Of a stretch of 64,000 nt of DNA, positions 37,481-50,920 are shown in pieces. Position numbers and translations under genes: made by a program. Location of the stretch: NCBI GenBank assembly GCA_013239625.1, contig MU053933.1:1947026-2011025 (forward strand), read 5' to 3'. Source of the DNA: Lama guanicoe (taxonomy: Eukaryota). The notes below the pieces were generated by a model. The model made no database searches. It worked only from the letters and a program-made list of their open reading frames with translations, and was not told where the DNA came from. Numbering within the stretch: the first letter of the stretch is position 1; every line of letters begins with the position of its first letter.

Positions 37481-40400
37481 ACCACTTGCACGTGGTCAAC
37501 TAATGTGGTTCCTGGGACCTCTGAGAGCCAAGGTCACTGACAGGTCATTTCCAGGCCTTTCTGTAGCTGAAGCCCGGGGCACCGGCTACATCAGATTACA
37601 TCAGATCACATCAGGAGTCATGGTCTGGGAGCAGATTCTGGAAGGTTTCTCAGGCTCCTGTGCAGCCTGGGAGAAGCTCAGGGCTCCCTCCTCCCTCATC
37701 CCTCCACCCACCAGGGGAAACCAGACCATAGACTCAGAGCTGCCCTGACACCCCCGCCCCCACCCACCAACAGCGGTTAACCCCAGCCCTCCGGGCAGGC
37801 AGGCCTTTCCGATGCTAAGAACCTGAGATTTGAGACCTTTCCAATAGCTGGTGAGGGGGTCAGGAGAGGGTGGGCACCTCCCACCCTGCTCGCCCTGGCA
37901 GCGCCCTCCGACCCGACCACATGCCGCCCTCGCCCCACTGCCCGTGCCAGAACACCCCAGGGACCTGGAGCCTGTGCAGACAGGTTGTGCTGTGGGAGGC
38001 AACACCCCTTCCCCGGAGATGGTTGGGCACCAGAAGCACTCTGCCTGGCGCTGGGTGACCCAGGACCTCCTGGCAGGAAGAGCCCTCCTTGAGCAGTGGG
38101 CTGAGGATTCTGGCAAAACGACAGAGGACGGGAACACTGGAGGGAACCAGGGACAGCCACCACTTCAGTGAGTGAGCATGTCCTGATGGCTCCAAAGAAG
38201 TCTGCCAACCTCAAGACAAGCTGGGTCACCCCTTATACTGGGCTGCGGGTCAGTGGGGCCCCAGCTCACTACTGGGCAAGGCCAGGCCCTCTGCAGTCAC
38301 CCTCCTCCAAAGCCTGCGCCTCTGCAGGCCTCCCAGATCACCATGGGAGGAACACTCCTGGCTTCGCGGCCAGCAGCCAGCCCTGGCGCTGGCCCAGCGC
38401 ACTCCTTCAGGAGATGATGGATGACTCAACCGGTGTCACCTCTCAGCAGTCACTGCTCCTCTGTGGTTGCGTGGGCATCCGGGTGCCCAGAATGGGTGAA
38501 TGAGTGAGTGAGGGAGTGGGGGATACACGGAGGTAGGTCTGGACACACTTCACCGCCTCAGAAGCCCCTGTGGGACACAGACAGGCCCCTCCACCCCACC
38601 CCTCCTTCATGCTCTTCCAGACCCTCATCTCTCTGACATCACCCTCTCTGCCCGGCTCCTGTGCCGCTCACCCACGTCCTGGGTGCCAGGAGCATTTCCT
38701 GCCCCGACCGGGCACTCAGGGAACACGGTCCCCTCTCAGGGGCGGGAGCCAGCGTTCAGGGAGTGAGTGCTGGGTGAGTGAGCAGAACCAGCACCTGCGT
38801 GGCGCCCAGAGGAGGCTGCAGTGGAACAGCTGCAGGAGCAGAGGGATCTCCTGGATCACGGACCCCCAGGAAGAACCTGGGGCCTCAGCTGATAAAACTG
38901 TCAAAAATAGAGGCCGTTAAAAACAAAACTTTTTTAACAAACTGATGGAAATCCCCTTTATCAAAAGGAGCTGCTGCAGATCAAGCCACAAAAGTGACGT
39001 GTCCAGGAGTCAAGGACCATTTCTCGAGCAGATGATGCCACCTGTGGGGATGTCCCCGGGAGGCGCTGTGGGCGAGGGGCTGCGGCTGTCCCCAGGGCAG
39101 CGCTCAGGCGGTCCGGCGGAAAGCAGTCACTCAATGGTCACTAAGAAGAAGAAGAAGAAAAAGACACTGACAACGTTCCTGGATTTGGCAAAGAAACGCT
39201 GGGCCCCAGGTGGAGGGTGGTTATTTAGAGAAAGTACCCTGGGCCAATTTGTACTGGGGATTTTTTTGGACAGAACAGCACTTTGCCAGGTAGGACATTA
39301 GGACAGAAAATGCAAGAACAGATTAAATGATTCAGGGAAGGGCCTGTGCTAGGAGCGGGCAAGAGAGAGCAGGGAGCTTACCTGCCCCCAGCCCTGACGA
39401 GCGAACGCCCTGTCTTTCCCACGGCAGTTGACAGCCCTCACAGCTGTCTGCAAAATTCCTGAATATTTAACCACTGTTTCCCACTGCCCGGGGTCTGGTG
39501 GTGCCCAGAGAGCCCAGCTGCAGGAGGAAGGCAGGGCCTCAGCCCATGGGTGAGTCCACCTTCAACTTTGCACCCAGGTGTCCTGCTGGTCTTTGCTGGG
39601 CGCAGCCCTGCCCGTGGGCCCGGCTCAGTCACTGCCTTGGTTGCAAAGCCCCTGGGGCTGGTCTTCTTTCAGTAAAATCAGGAGGCAACACCTGGTTCTG
39701 CAGCTGTGATTAGCCAGCTCCCCAGTCCCAGAGGCACTAGCAGCAGGGATGCTCAGCGGGGGCTCATCCCAGGCCTTTGGACACGATGGGCCTGGTGAGG
39801 AGCTTTGCCGAAAGTTCCCAGAAAGTCCCAAGGTGACCTGAGGTGTGTGTCTGTCATCAAACCCACTGGGGGTCACCCAGGAGCCCCGGTGGTGCAGCGG
39901 GGACCACTTGGGCACGGAGGAAGGGGCTGGGATATGGGACCGGAAGGATCCGCCGTCCGCGGTGCGATGGAGGCGGGGGTGGCGCTCGGCTTCCTCCCTG
40001 GGAAGCAGCCATCATGCGTGTCCCACTTGCGTTACGTGTTATTAGGAAGCTGCCCTGCAAACGCTCCCTAGTCACCGTGAGGCTCCAGGAAGACACACAG
40101 GGCGGAACGCAGGAGCGCTCGGGTTTCAAGGCCCGGGATCTGCGCTCACTGAGACAGACGTGAGCGGCTCAGCCCAGCGGCTGAGCACCTGCAGCAGGGC
40201 CACCACCTCATCAAGGCCTGGACCAGGACACAGCCAGACGCTCCTCTGAAGGGAGTAGGGGAGATGCCGGTCCCTCCCCTCCCTGCCCCTCCCACCGCCC
40301 CCACTGGCTGAGTCCCGAGGGAGGAAGGGGGCGGGGCCCGGGGACCCGAGGCCCCCCTACGAGCTCTTGTCCGAATAAAGGAGCCCGGTGACTTCCGCGT

Positions 40401-43400
40401 GGCATGCGATCAGGAGGCTGGCTGGAGAGTCAGTGGAGTGAGTCTGGCTATTCTGGAACTGTTTCAGAAAAAACTGCAGGTGTTCTGGAGTTTGACAGAA
40501 GCAGTTTAAAAACTAGTTTGTGTCCACAGCTAATCACACCCTTCGGTCAGCCGTGGATTCTGTCTAAACCTGAACCTCTGTGTCTGCCTTGCGCCTGCGT
40601 GTGCCTCCCTGACCCACCCGGCGCGGGGCGCGCGTCTGCAGGTGGTCTGGTAATTCTTACCGGCTGACCGGCTCGGGGCTTCGGGGGCCCCGTGGCCTGA
40701 GGGATGGACCATGGAGCGCCCAGGCTACAGGCTGCCCCTTAGGCCAGGCCCAGGGTGCAGCCCCAGGGGACAGGCCCAGGCCCAGTTCCGGGACGGATGT
40801 GACGTTCCCACCGGCTGGTCAGACGCTCTGCAGCCTGTCTGGGCACAGTCAAGACGGCACAGAGCTGGGACGGGCAAGCCGGGCACAGGGTCTGAGCTGC
40901 ACGCGTGGGGTGAGCCCAGCTGGCAGGCTGGCCGCCCCCCAGCCCTGACCAGAGGCTCTGCCTCTGGAGCTGGGCCTGGAGGTCCCTCCTCACCTGCCCC
41001 TACCCCAGGGTGGGGCTGTCACAGCCCAGCCCGAGGCCAGCGGGACACTGGGGCCGACAGGCTCCTGATACGTACCCCCTCCCCAGGGAAGCGCGTCCCA
41101 CCGTCTGACAGTGCTGCCCCAACAGAGTGCTGGCCCGGCCCCTGGAGGGGAGGACGACCGCACGGTCACAACTGCAGACCTGACACCCTAGCAGCATCCT
41201 GTTATTTTCTGAGCATTGGATGTTTTTTGTCATTTGTCCTCACTGAACCCTCACAGGGCAGGTGGGCGGGCGGAGTGTGGCTCTGCCCCTGGTGGAGAGA
41301 CCTGGCTGCCCGTCTCAGGCCCTGGCCCCGAGGGTGACCACAGAGCTGCCCTCGCTCCTCTCGGGAACCAGGGAGCACCCCCAATTCTCCAGGTTCTGGA
41401 AGGAGAGCCAGGTTAGCTCTGGGAAGCCTGCACGCGTCAGAGATCCTTTCCGACGTGGCTTCTTGACTGTGAAGTGGCACTTCCCTTGTTAGGCCTCAAA
41501 GGCCGACAGAAAGTCCGGGAGGTAGTTAATTGAGTCTGTTTCTTGGCCTCCCCCGGGGCTGAGTTTTATTCTGATTCTCGAGGACTGTGGGCTGACGGTT
41601 GTCAGGGACGCCTCTGGCCCACGTGGGTGTGTGTGATGGTCAAAGCCTGGTTCAGGCACCCTCCCCCCATGACCCCCCGTCTGTCGACCCTGAAGCCCAG
41701 ACCCTGCCCAGAGCAGATGCCCACACAGCACCCACTGCCTCCGTGGAGAGGCCACGGTCCCCGAGAAGGGTGGCGCAAGTCCACTGCCAGGCCAGGGTGC
41801 AAGCCAGCAGCTGCCTCCGGGAATGCCTCTTGAGAGCCAAAGCCGCTCATTCTGACTCAGTGTCCTGACTCTTCCTACTGAAGAACAGTCCAGGATGATC
41901 CCTTCCTCAGTGCACGGCGGGCCCCCTCTGACCGCGGAGTCCCTTGACTGTGGGTCTCTCATCTACAGCCGGTAGCCCTTCCCAGACCTGGGGGGTTAAC
42001 GGCTCCTTCAGTGCCCTTTGTTGTAATACGTTTCCACTAGTTTTTGCCTGATGCTTTATTTTGTCAGAGACGCTGAGGGGTTCTTGGGTTTATTCCATCA
42101 TTAGGTCACGGTTTATAAACCCCCTCTCCCCAGCTGGTGGATGCTGCTGTCCTCCGAGGCACGAGGTGCAGATTTCTCCGTCCTCAGCGCCTGGTCCGGG
42201 CTGGCCCAACCCTCTCCCCGCCTTCCCCGCCCCGTTCCCACCTGCCCCCAGAGAGGACGTGCTGAATCCACGCGGTGACTGAACTCTCTTTCTCCCCAAA
42301 TGGTCTACTTGGAGTCCCAGGAAGTGGCTTTCTTTTTCAAATTTGGAGGTTTTATTGGAAGCTGAATAGAGCACCCAATCAGTTAACAAAACAAAAGTAG
42401 AAGGTTCCAAGATTATGACTGCAGACGCGGGTATAAACGGAAAGCATCTCTGCAAGGCAGGTGCTAAATGCCTCCGTGCACACAGCCCGGGCGTGTCCAG
42501 CGGTTGAGGGCAGGTGTGGAAAGTCCCCAACGACCCCAGGTGCCGGCTCCCAGGTGGCCCGTGCCATCGGAAGCTCATGCCTTCCGGTGCCACGGCCACC
42601 GCAGTGCTCTGGCCGGCATGTCACGCTCACGGGACGTAGTCTCCGCAGGGCGCGGCCCTCCAGCTCTCGGAAGCTGCAGCCGAGCCCCGGGGCGTCGCTC
42701 TGAGCGCAGGAGCTGCTGCACCGCCCAGGTCGGTGTGGGCGGGCTGCTCCCGGGGACAGCTCCGTGCCCCGCCTCGCCCTGCTGGGCTTGACCCAGTTCA
42801 GTGAGGACTCGCTTAGGGTACAGGCACTGCAATTTACACCCACCCCATTTTTTGAGAAGTGCTTTTTTTTTTTAAATTAAGTAACTTTCCTCACTAAAAA
42901 CTGAAGTGTGGCCCTGAAGCGTCTTGATTTTGGAGTCTGGAGGTCTGGGGTGGGTTCCCGATGGTGATGTTTGGGCGAGGGCAGAGGCCGGCCTCCACGG
43001 GGGCGGGGGGCGCCCAGGGACCCAGGCCTGGCTGATCGGCTGAGACAGGACTTGCTGGACCTCGTCCCCTAGAGCCCAAGCCCCGGCACCCTCATGGCCC
43101 CGGCGGCCCCGTGGGGCACCTTCCCTGTCACACCTCCGGTCAGCGCTTCTCCTTCGAAGGACACCCCACCTGGCCCTGTCCTCCACCCTCGACTTCCCCA
43201 CCCCTGCCCGGTCCACGCGTGCAGCCTCCCGAGACCAAGAACTCCATTCCCAGCACCCCTCCAGCCGGGCCGCGTCCAGAATGCGTGTCCAGGGATGGGG
43301 GGCGGCGCCACCCAGCCACCTGAAGGGCTCTGAGCCAGCGGGCAGAGGGCGTGGGTCCCAGGGAAGGCTCAGTACAAGGTGGGGTCCGCCCTCCCCAGGC

Positions 43401-46400
43401 TTTGCGGGGAGAGCCTGCCTCGTCTCGGCTGCCCTGGTGGGCCTCAGTGTTGCCTGCAGCCCAACCCCAGGCCCAGCCGCTAGGAGCGGGGACCACAAAG
43501 AGGATGATGCGGGCATCAGGGCCCGCACCCCAGCCAAGGCAGTCGCGGTCTCCGCTGTGGAGCCCCATGGGATGCTTCCGTGGGGCAGGACCCCAACCCG
43601 ATTGGGGTGGGAGTGGGGGCTCTCTCACTGGGCCCAGCTCCTGGCAGGTGCTCCCTGTGGTGGTGTGAATAGGGCTGTATCTGTGTGCGGCCATCACATG
43701 GGGCAAAGAGCCTGCAGCTGCCAGACCGTGTCTTTGGGTCTGGACCTCAGCCAGGCTGCAGGCTGGCACCCTGGGCCCCTGCTGGGCCCTCCCCTCTGCC
43801 CTCTAGGAACCTGCCTCTGTCCCCTCCCCGTTTCTCCATCTCCTGGGCCCAGCACCTCTCAGGCTGCATTTTAGCTGAATCATGGTATTTGCTCCCTGGT
43901 GTCATTTTCTGGGCTCAGGTGACTGGGGAACTTGCTCTGGATCTGCTGGGAGCAGGTGTCACCTCTCCTGCCCCTGGGTCAGTGCATCTGGGACATTGCG
44001 AACCACATGTGTACAACCAGGCTCTCTGAGCAACCTTCCTTCCATTAGACCAGCAGTGCCCTGACTCACCCAGCTGCCTCTCAGAGCACAGACCTGGGCC
44101 TTCTCGGGGACCACTCCCTCCTCACAGCCCGTCCTGTCCCTGCCGGGGAAACCCCAACTCTGAAGTGGCAGTGCCCTCCCCCTCCCTGGGCGGCCTGCGC
44201 ACAGCAGACTTGGACACCTGCAATCTCGGGGACAGAAGGCCCAGAGAACACAAGAGAGGAGCAATGAATCACTCCCAGGGGAAGGGCAGGGCCTGTGCTC
44301 AGACCACAAGGCTGGTGCAGGGGGTTGGGCCAGGGAGGATGATAAGGAAGGAGGGCGCTGGGGAGGGAAGGAGGTGGGGGAGGGAGGACAGTGGGGGCAG
44401 GAAGGAGATGGGGGAGGGTGGTGGTGGTGGGAGTGGAGGATCCTGCTCAGTTCTTGGCCTGGATACTCCTTGGTCACCTCCCCCTCCCACAAGACCCAGA
44501 TCAAGGTCTTCAGGAGCTGATCCTGGTGTGGCCCCAGTTCTGGTCCTGACTCGGGCGGCTGACTGCACAGCTCCTGGGTGTTGGAGCTTGTTCATATTGG
44601 TTTTGCAGGGGCTCAAGGCCCCCATCCCCGGCGGGCTACCCTCTGGTGGCGGAGACACCAGGGACTCCGGACACTAAGCCCCATGGCCCCGGGACAAGGT
44701 CCCATCCTGCTACCACGGAGCTGCTCCGCTCCCGCGCCGTCACAGAAGCCCCAGCTGGCTGCCCCTCCCTGGTCGTGGCAGCATCAACCCAGATTCAAGG
44801 AAAAGGGGAAGCGTTCACTAGTGACAGAGGAGCCTTCTCCCCTCAGGGGACCCAGGAGCCACTCAGGACGCAGCAGGCTGTGGTCAGACCGTGGCCTGTG
44901 GGGCGGGCCGGGGGAGGGTGCTGGTGGGACTGACATCAGGGCGGCGGGACTGCTGTGGGCCAGGAGGACGCCGCTGCTTCCCTGGGCTGTGGGGGAGGGG
45001 GAGTCAGTCCCCAAGGGCAGAGCCAGCCCAGACTTGTAAGCTGCCTTCTCCCTGAAAACGTCCTCCTTCTGAAAAGCCAGGCTTGCAGGGAGGTTCGGGT
45101 GGGATGTACCTGCCGCGCCTCCAGCACCGCCCGGAGCCCCTGGGCCCTCTGCCCTGACCAGTGCCCAGCATCACAGCACTGGGGCTGGGGCAGGCGGGGT
45201 TCTCTAAAGCCACAGCCTCCCTCCCCAGGATGGCTGTGGTGCCTGTGGTCACGGGGTGTGTGTGAGCCGCGGGGGTCGGAGGAGGCACCTGGTTCCAGCC
45301 ACCTCACCTTGCAGGAGGGAGAACTGAGGCGCTCCAGGCACACGGCTGCTGCTTCCTTCTGTCCCCTGCCCTGGTGACGAACCTCCCACCTGCCAGCCTG
45401 GGCTCTCCCTCTCTGACGGGTGTTGAGTGCACACCTACTGTGCTCAGGATGTGCAGCAGGAGCAGGAGCCACAGCACCCAGAGACCAGGACTCCAGCGGC
45501 CAGAGTGGCTAGGGGCCCCGCCCCAGAGCAGTGCCAGCACCCCGGATTCTTGTGCCCAGCCATCCCCTGACCTACGCCATTCCCTGGGGCTGGCCCAGAA
45601 CTCTGTCTCCTCCCCTGTGCCCAGTGCAGATGGGGACGGGGACAGTGTTTCTGCTGACCCTGCCCTCCCTCAGGAAGGTGGCTGCAGGGATCCCTGGGAC
45701 CACTGACCTTCGGGCAGGACGCCCGTCTGCGGTGGCTGTCCTGGGTGCTGGGGGACGTTGAGCAGAATCCTGCCTCCCACCCACTAGAAGACACAGCAAC
45801 CCCCAAGACTGACCATCAAATGTCTTCATACCTCGCCCAGCACCCCCTGGGGGACAGAGCCACCCCGGGGGAGAACCGATGGGGCAGGGCCGGGTCGCTG
45901 ACCGCAAGCTGAGTGGACCAGCTTGCCAGCATGCTGACCAAGGCAACTGGACAAAGGCAGGCTGGTAACTTGGATTCTCAGAAATCAGGCTTCCGGAAAC
46001 ATCAAAACACGGCATTCACATGCTGTCTGCAACACAGCATGGGAAGCAGGCAGCCGTCCCCAGACTGAGAGGGCGAGGGTGACCCGAGGGAGCCGGAAAG
46101 GCAGAGAGCCTGTCAGCCCGCGAGGCCCAGAGGGAGCGGCAAGGGTCTGCTGGGAGCCAGTAGGGACACGATAACTCGGGGCATGGGACCTGGAGGGCGT
46201 GGCCTTGGCTGGGAGCCCCAGTCCAGGCAGAACCCACAAACGTGGGGTGGGAGAGCCCCTGGGCGGCCTCCCGGGCCTGGGCATAACGGGGCAGAAGCAG
46301 GAGCACCGGCCCCCGCTGCTTCCCCAACTAGGAAACTGCTCCTGGTAGGAAAGTGGAAAGTCTCCCTGCAGCTGCCCCATCCTGCAGGACAGAGAACCCA

Positions 46401-48050
46401 GCCCCAGCATCTGCAGGGGCCCTGAGGGTCTGCTGAGGCCGCAGGCTGGGCCTGGGCAGGATGGTGGAACGGGCCCCTTGGTGCACCTGGCGTCACATCA
46501 CAGTGGACAGAGGGGCCCGCACCCCACCTGCCGCACCCACCTGCCGCACCCCACGAGGGCCCCTGGGCTTCTTGCTCTAGTCAGCTTTCTGGGACTCTTT
46601 TGAAAACAACGCATGTCTTGTAATGCTTTCATGTTAAAAGTCTGAGTAGAGTCCTCATCACATTTGTGGAAAAGCCGCGTGAGGGCCTCGCGGTGCAGAA
46701 ATACATGGAGGTTCCCAGAAACGTATCTTGGCTCAGGCTCGGCACTGAGCCGGACTCGCCGAGTTTGCTGCGAGTCTGGGAGGTGCAGGCCTCCCACACC
46801 CTGCCCTTCGGTGCTGAGCGACCAGGGGCAAAACAGGCTTGTTTTCCTGGGGGGTGCGCCTCCTTTGTGGAACCTTCCAAAAACAACAAACTGCTAGTTT
46901 CAATCCAGGAACCAACATGGAAACCGTCTGGGTGGGGTCCAGGCCCCGGCTGCACGCCCCCGTAGCCACTGCTCCACTCCAGTCACTGGGGGGACCTGGT
47001 GGGCTCCCAGGAGCCCAGGGTTTGAGACGAGGTTTTGCCTTGAGACTGTGCAGGTCCTCATGGGAGGTCAGCAAGGGGCCGTGGGCCACAGGGCCGGGGA
47101 CAGAGGCCGCCCAGCACACTTCGAGGGAGTTTCTGCTGCATTTGGGAGGCTGCCACGTGCCAGGAGAATAGCCCCACTCTGAAGGACCGCGATGACCACC
47201 TGTCCAGGCCAGTGTCCGCTGGAAACACGAGCCTCAGCCCCGCCCAGGCTGGGCTCCTGCCTCTCCAGGTGCGTCCCCCCGGGACGTCCCCAGCACAGAT
47301 GGCTGCACAGCCCAGCACAGACACTGAAAAATTTCGTTGTGCTTTTGAGGAGGAAAACCTAGCTTTTGACCAAAACAAAAGAGCTCAGGTTTTCTTTCCA
47401 GTGCGAATGCCCTAAAAGAACACGGATTCCGGGCAGTCTTCAGTGTCCACCGCTTCCGGCTTTAGGTCCCACGTGACAGACTCCAGGGCCCTGTGCCCTC
47501 AAGGCGGAGGTGGGGCACGAGCCTGAACAGCGGAGCCAGCGCGCAGGCCACTGCAGCGGGAGTGACCAGCCCAGCCGAGGTCACCCCGGACGAGGGCAGG
47601 CGTCCTCTTGCCTCTTTCTGAACCGGATGCCCTTCCTCCGGCCTCGGACGCGGGTCCCACGGCGCGAGTCCAGGGTGTTGAGAAGAGCTGCGGGCTCCAG
47701 GGGGCCGAGGGTGGGAAGGAGCCGTTACAGCCCTTCCCATTTGGTTTGGCAGTGAAGGAGGGAGCCCACTTACTCGGGGGTTCACGGACCCAGAGCTGCT
47801 GGCCTTGGGAAAAGGCCGCCTGCTGGGATCAGGGCAGTGCGCAACACGTGTTCCCGGGGTCCGTGCGGTCCTTCCCGGGGAAGCCCTGCCTGTCCCCCCA
47901 AAGCCAGGGGGCTCCACGTCAGTGCGTTCCAGTGCTAACGGCGCAGACGGTCCCCTCTGCCCAGCCGGCCAGAGTCACTTCCCAAGCTGCCATCCAGCGT
48001 CCCTGCTGGGCCTCTCCCGGAGCCCTGTCCAGGCCTGGGGCGGCGTCTCG

Positions 48051-48061
48051 TCACACGTGCT
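48051..48061 (-). CDS. ICOSLG: ICOSLG exon 7 coding part, EHV-stop
   Basis: A long pyrimidine tract ctctccctctttcctcccaag is followed by AG CAC GTG TGA, giving EHV* (human ends GHV*). The seven coding segments sum to 912 nt = 303 aa + stop. Confidence 0.88.
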
Positions 48062-48928
48062 CTTGGGAGGAAAGAGGGAGAGGGCGTGGGCGGCGAGTCA
48101 GCTCGCTTTCACTTTGGAGGCAGAGGCTGATCTCAGGACTCAGGTTGGTGAAAACAGAGGGACTGGAGACGCCTGCACACAAGGCGCTTCCTGTGACTCT
48201 AAGGTCCGGCAGGCCCTAATTTTTCGGTAAGCTGTGTTCCGGGGCTGTCTGAAACTGGCCGCAGGGACAAGTGAGTCTGCTGCGGCACCAGGCGGCCATG
48301 TGACTCGGACTCACCTGGGTGAACAGGTGTGCAGGTGCCACTGGCTGGGCTGTGTGCGCCCTGGGCCCACCCTCCCCTGACGGCCCTTCTCACAGGTGGG
48401 GAAGCAGGGCTCTGGGAGGTGCGGCCACTTGTCTAAGGTGTGGAGCCCCCCAGTCGGACTACGGAGACCCTCACAGCCCACGGCATGTGCTGGTGGGAAG
48501 CCCAAACTGAAGACCCTGTGTGTGAATATTTTCCCAAATTGGGGCGGGAGTCTCACTGGTCTTTGCTCTGGGAATGTGAGGTGCTCGCCTGCACAAAGGG
48601 TGTGGACTCGCAGGAGAACCCACAGTGGGCCGGGGTGGGGACATGATGGTGGGAGGACGGAGAAGGTGGGGGGCGCCTGGGGTTGTGGTCCAGGAAAATC
48701 CCGTGGCACACATCAGCAAGTACACCAGAGACAGGACCACACGCCAGGAGGGCCAGTGGGCCACGCCTCCCCCTGGGTTCCACTGTGTCTCTGGACCTGG
48801 AAGCACCTACTTCACTCGGGCTGAAAGGCGGACACGGGGAGAGCCGCCAGTCCAGCCTGCCCGGGCCCCCAGACCCCCCGGCCCCCCGCACCTCCTCCAC
48901 AGGCCTCCTTCCCTCTTGGCAAACTCAC

Positions 48929-48964
48929 CGGTGACTTCCAGCTCTGGCCTCAAAGGCTGGGCAC
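48929..48964 (-). CDS. ICOSLG: ICOSLG exon 6, cytoplasmic tail GAQPLRPELEVT
   Basis: 36-nt phase-1 exon (tttgttccaacag|...|GTGAGT). It resembles the human tail GAWAVSPETELT as recalled. Confidence 0.9.
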
Positions 48965-49835
48965 CTGTTGGAACAAACCAGAAACGCTCAGGGTGGGCAG
49001 TGAAGAGGGAGTGCGCTGAAGACCACAGGGGCCTCTGCCCAGCAGCCCTCCCCACCCCGCCGTCTCCAGCGGCTCCCTGCTCAGGCAGGACGGCAAGAGG
49101 CAAGTGTGAGAAGCACTTCAAGAAGCTCAGGGCACCTTCAGCGGCCTGGCAGCATCGACAGTGGGGCCGTGGGCAGTGGGAAGTGTTGCTGGGATGATGG
49201 AATTAGCAGCCAAGCCGAAACTGCAGGGCAGCACGGAGAAGCCCCATCCCACTGTGCTATGACTCCTTAGTCCAGCTGAGCTCCCCGTCCTCCACTGCCG
49301 GGGGTCCAGGAGGAGACCAGCTTCAGTGACAGGACCTCTGGGGACGCCTGCTGACCTCCACCACCAGGCTGGCCTGGGGAGACTGCGCTGTGCCCCGCCT
49401 CTCCCCCGACAGGCCCGGGCGGGGCCCAGGCCAGCACGGCAGGCCCTCTTGTTGACACCTGGGTTCTGGATTTTTCTGCTCCCCACCATGAGCTCTGCTT
49501 CTTTGTTTAGCATGGTCAGTACCCATACTTTCTGGGTCCGTCTTTGTGTTTGGCCAGAATCCAACAGACCGCCTTGAAGGGATCCCAGTGGCTCAGTGTC
49601 CACAGATGCCCCGGGTCCTGATCTCTGTACTCGCCTGCCCGCTGAGCGAGGGTCGTGGGGACTGGGGACCCACACCCAGAAGCGTCGGCGTGGCCGCGCG
49701 CACGCGCAGTACCGCAGGGAAACCACGCCTCCCGTGAAAGAAAGCCTTGCGGAGCTTGAGCAGGTCCTGGAAAAGGGCCGCCCTCACCCCGATGAAATAA
49801 ATGCTCGTTGCCTACAGCGCAGGCCCCTCGGATAC

Positions 49836-50000
49836 CTGTGTAGCTCCGGCTGGGGCACCTGCTCCTGCACAGCCAGCCAGTGGCCACAGCCACGACCACG
49901 GCCAGCACGGCCAGGACGCTGGGAACCGCCCTGCCTCCCCACTCGCGGGTGCCATCAGCTGGGTTCTCCGTGAAGCTGTCTTTGGTTCCAGTGAACATTC
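49836..50000 (-). CDS. ICOSLG: ICOSLG exon 5, stalk and transmembrane segment
   Basis: 165-nt exon (cctttcttgtag|...|GTATCC) encoding GMFTGTKDSFTENPADGTREWGGRAVPSVLAVLAVVVAVATGWLCRSRCPSRSYT: hydrophobic helix followed by basic and Cys residues. Confidence 0.95.
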
Positions 50001-50284
50001 CTACAAGAAAGGAGAGTAACCCCCAACTTAGGGCCACCAGGGAAAGGGGGTGTCTCCACCTGAAGAAGCCAGCGCTAAGGGGAGTGCTGACCCAGCGGAC
50101 CTCCTGCTGGCGTTCTGTGACTCTCAAGCTACGAGGCTGACGGAGAGATGGGCCCTCGTCTCTCCCTGTGGCGTCACCCTCCTCCCCTACCTGTGTGACC
50201 TGTACTCGCAGCCCACCTAAAGCCCCACACCTGGGGAGGGGCATGGCAGGAAGCAGAGCCTTCCTGGCTTCCTAAATGTAATCA

Positions 50285-50920
50285 AATTAATTTTTTTCTA
50301 GCTTAATTGCTGGCTTTAAAAAAACATAGTGAAATTCACAGAACATAAAATTAACCATTTTAAAGTGAACAGTTGGGTGGCATTCAGTACACTCACGAGG
50401 TCGCGTGGCCATACCATTATCTAACTCTGGAACTTTTTCACCGCCCCAAAGGGAAAGCCCCTGCCCGCCAGCAGCCCCTCCCCTCCCCCTCCCCCAGGGA
50501 CTCCAAGCTACTTTCTGCCTGTTTGGATTTCCCTGTTCTGGACATTTCAAAGAAATGGAATCACACACCGTGTGGCCTTTTGTGTCTGGCTTCTCTCACT
50601 GAGTATCACGTTTTCATGGTTTGTCCACCCTGCTGTGTGGCCTGTGTCTCACACCTTTTCATGGCTAAGACTCCACTGTGTGGGTGGACAAGCTGTGTCC
50701 ATCCCTTCATCCATCCCTGGACACTCGCGCTGTTCCCACCTTTTGGTTACTGAGAACAAGCTTCGGTGAGCATTCATGTGCAAGCGTTGGTCTGAGTCTC
50801 GTTTCCAGTGCTCTTGGGTTCACACTTAGGAGTGAGATTGCTGGGCCACTTCTGCTTAGCTTTTTAAGGAATCAGCAGTTTCCCACAGTGCTGTGCTGTT
50901 TCACTCTCTCTGGCAGCGCA
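50285..50920 (-). mobile_element. Old LINE-1 3' end (L1MB-like) in ICOSLG intron 4
   Basis: aattcacagaacataaaattaaccattttaaagtgaacagtt...ttctggacatttca...ccttttgtgtctggcttctctcactgag...aggagtgagattgctggg. Confidence 0.85.

Noticed and set aside
38945..39301. 118-aa ORF with a poly-Lys run
   Set aside because: The Lys run comes from a short (AAG)n microsatellite. No domain or splice support.
44633..44652. CTCF-like motif (minus strand CCACCAGAGGGTAG)
   Set aside because: Mismatch at a key C, and near-matches are frequent at this GC content. It cannot be supported without a PWM scan or ChIP data.
1..46000. A hidden novel gene or system in the long intergenic region
   Set aside because: I found no chain of in-phase exons, recognisable domain or processed-pseudogene signature. 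Repeats and GC-rich unique DNA explain the content, though lncRNAs cannot be excluded from sequence alone.
48309..48320. Perfect minus-strand donor CAG|GTGAGT in ICOSLG intron 6 (cryptic exon?)
   Set aside because: No convincing strong acceptor at exon distance upstream, and isolated donors are common.
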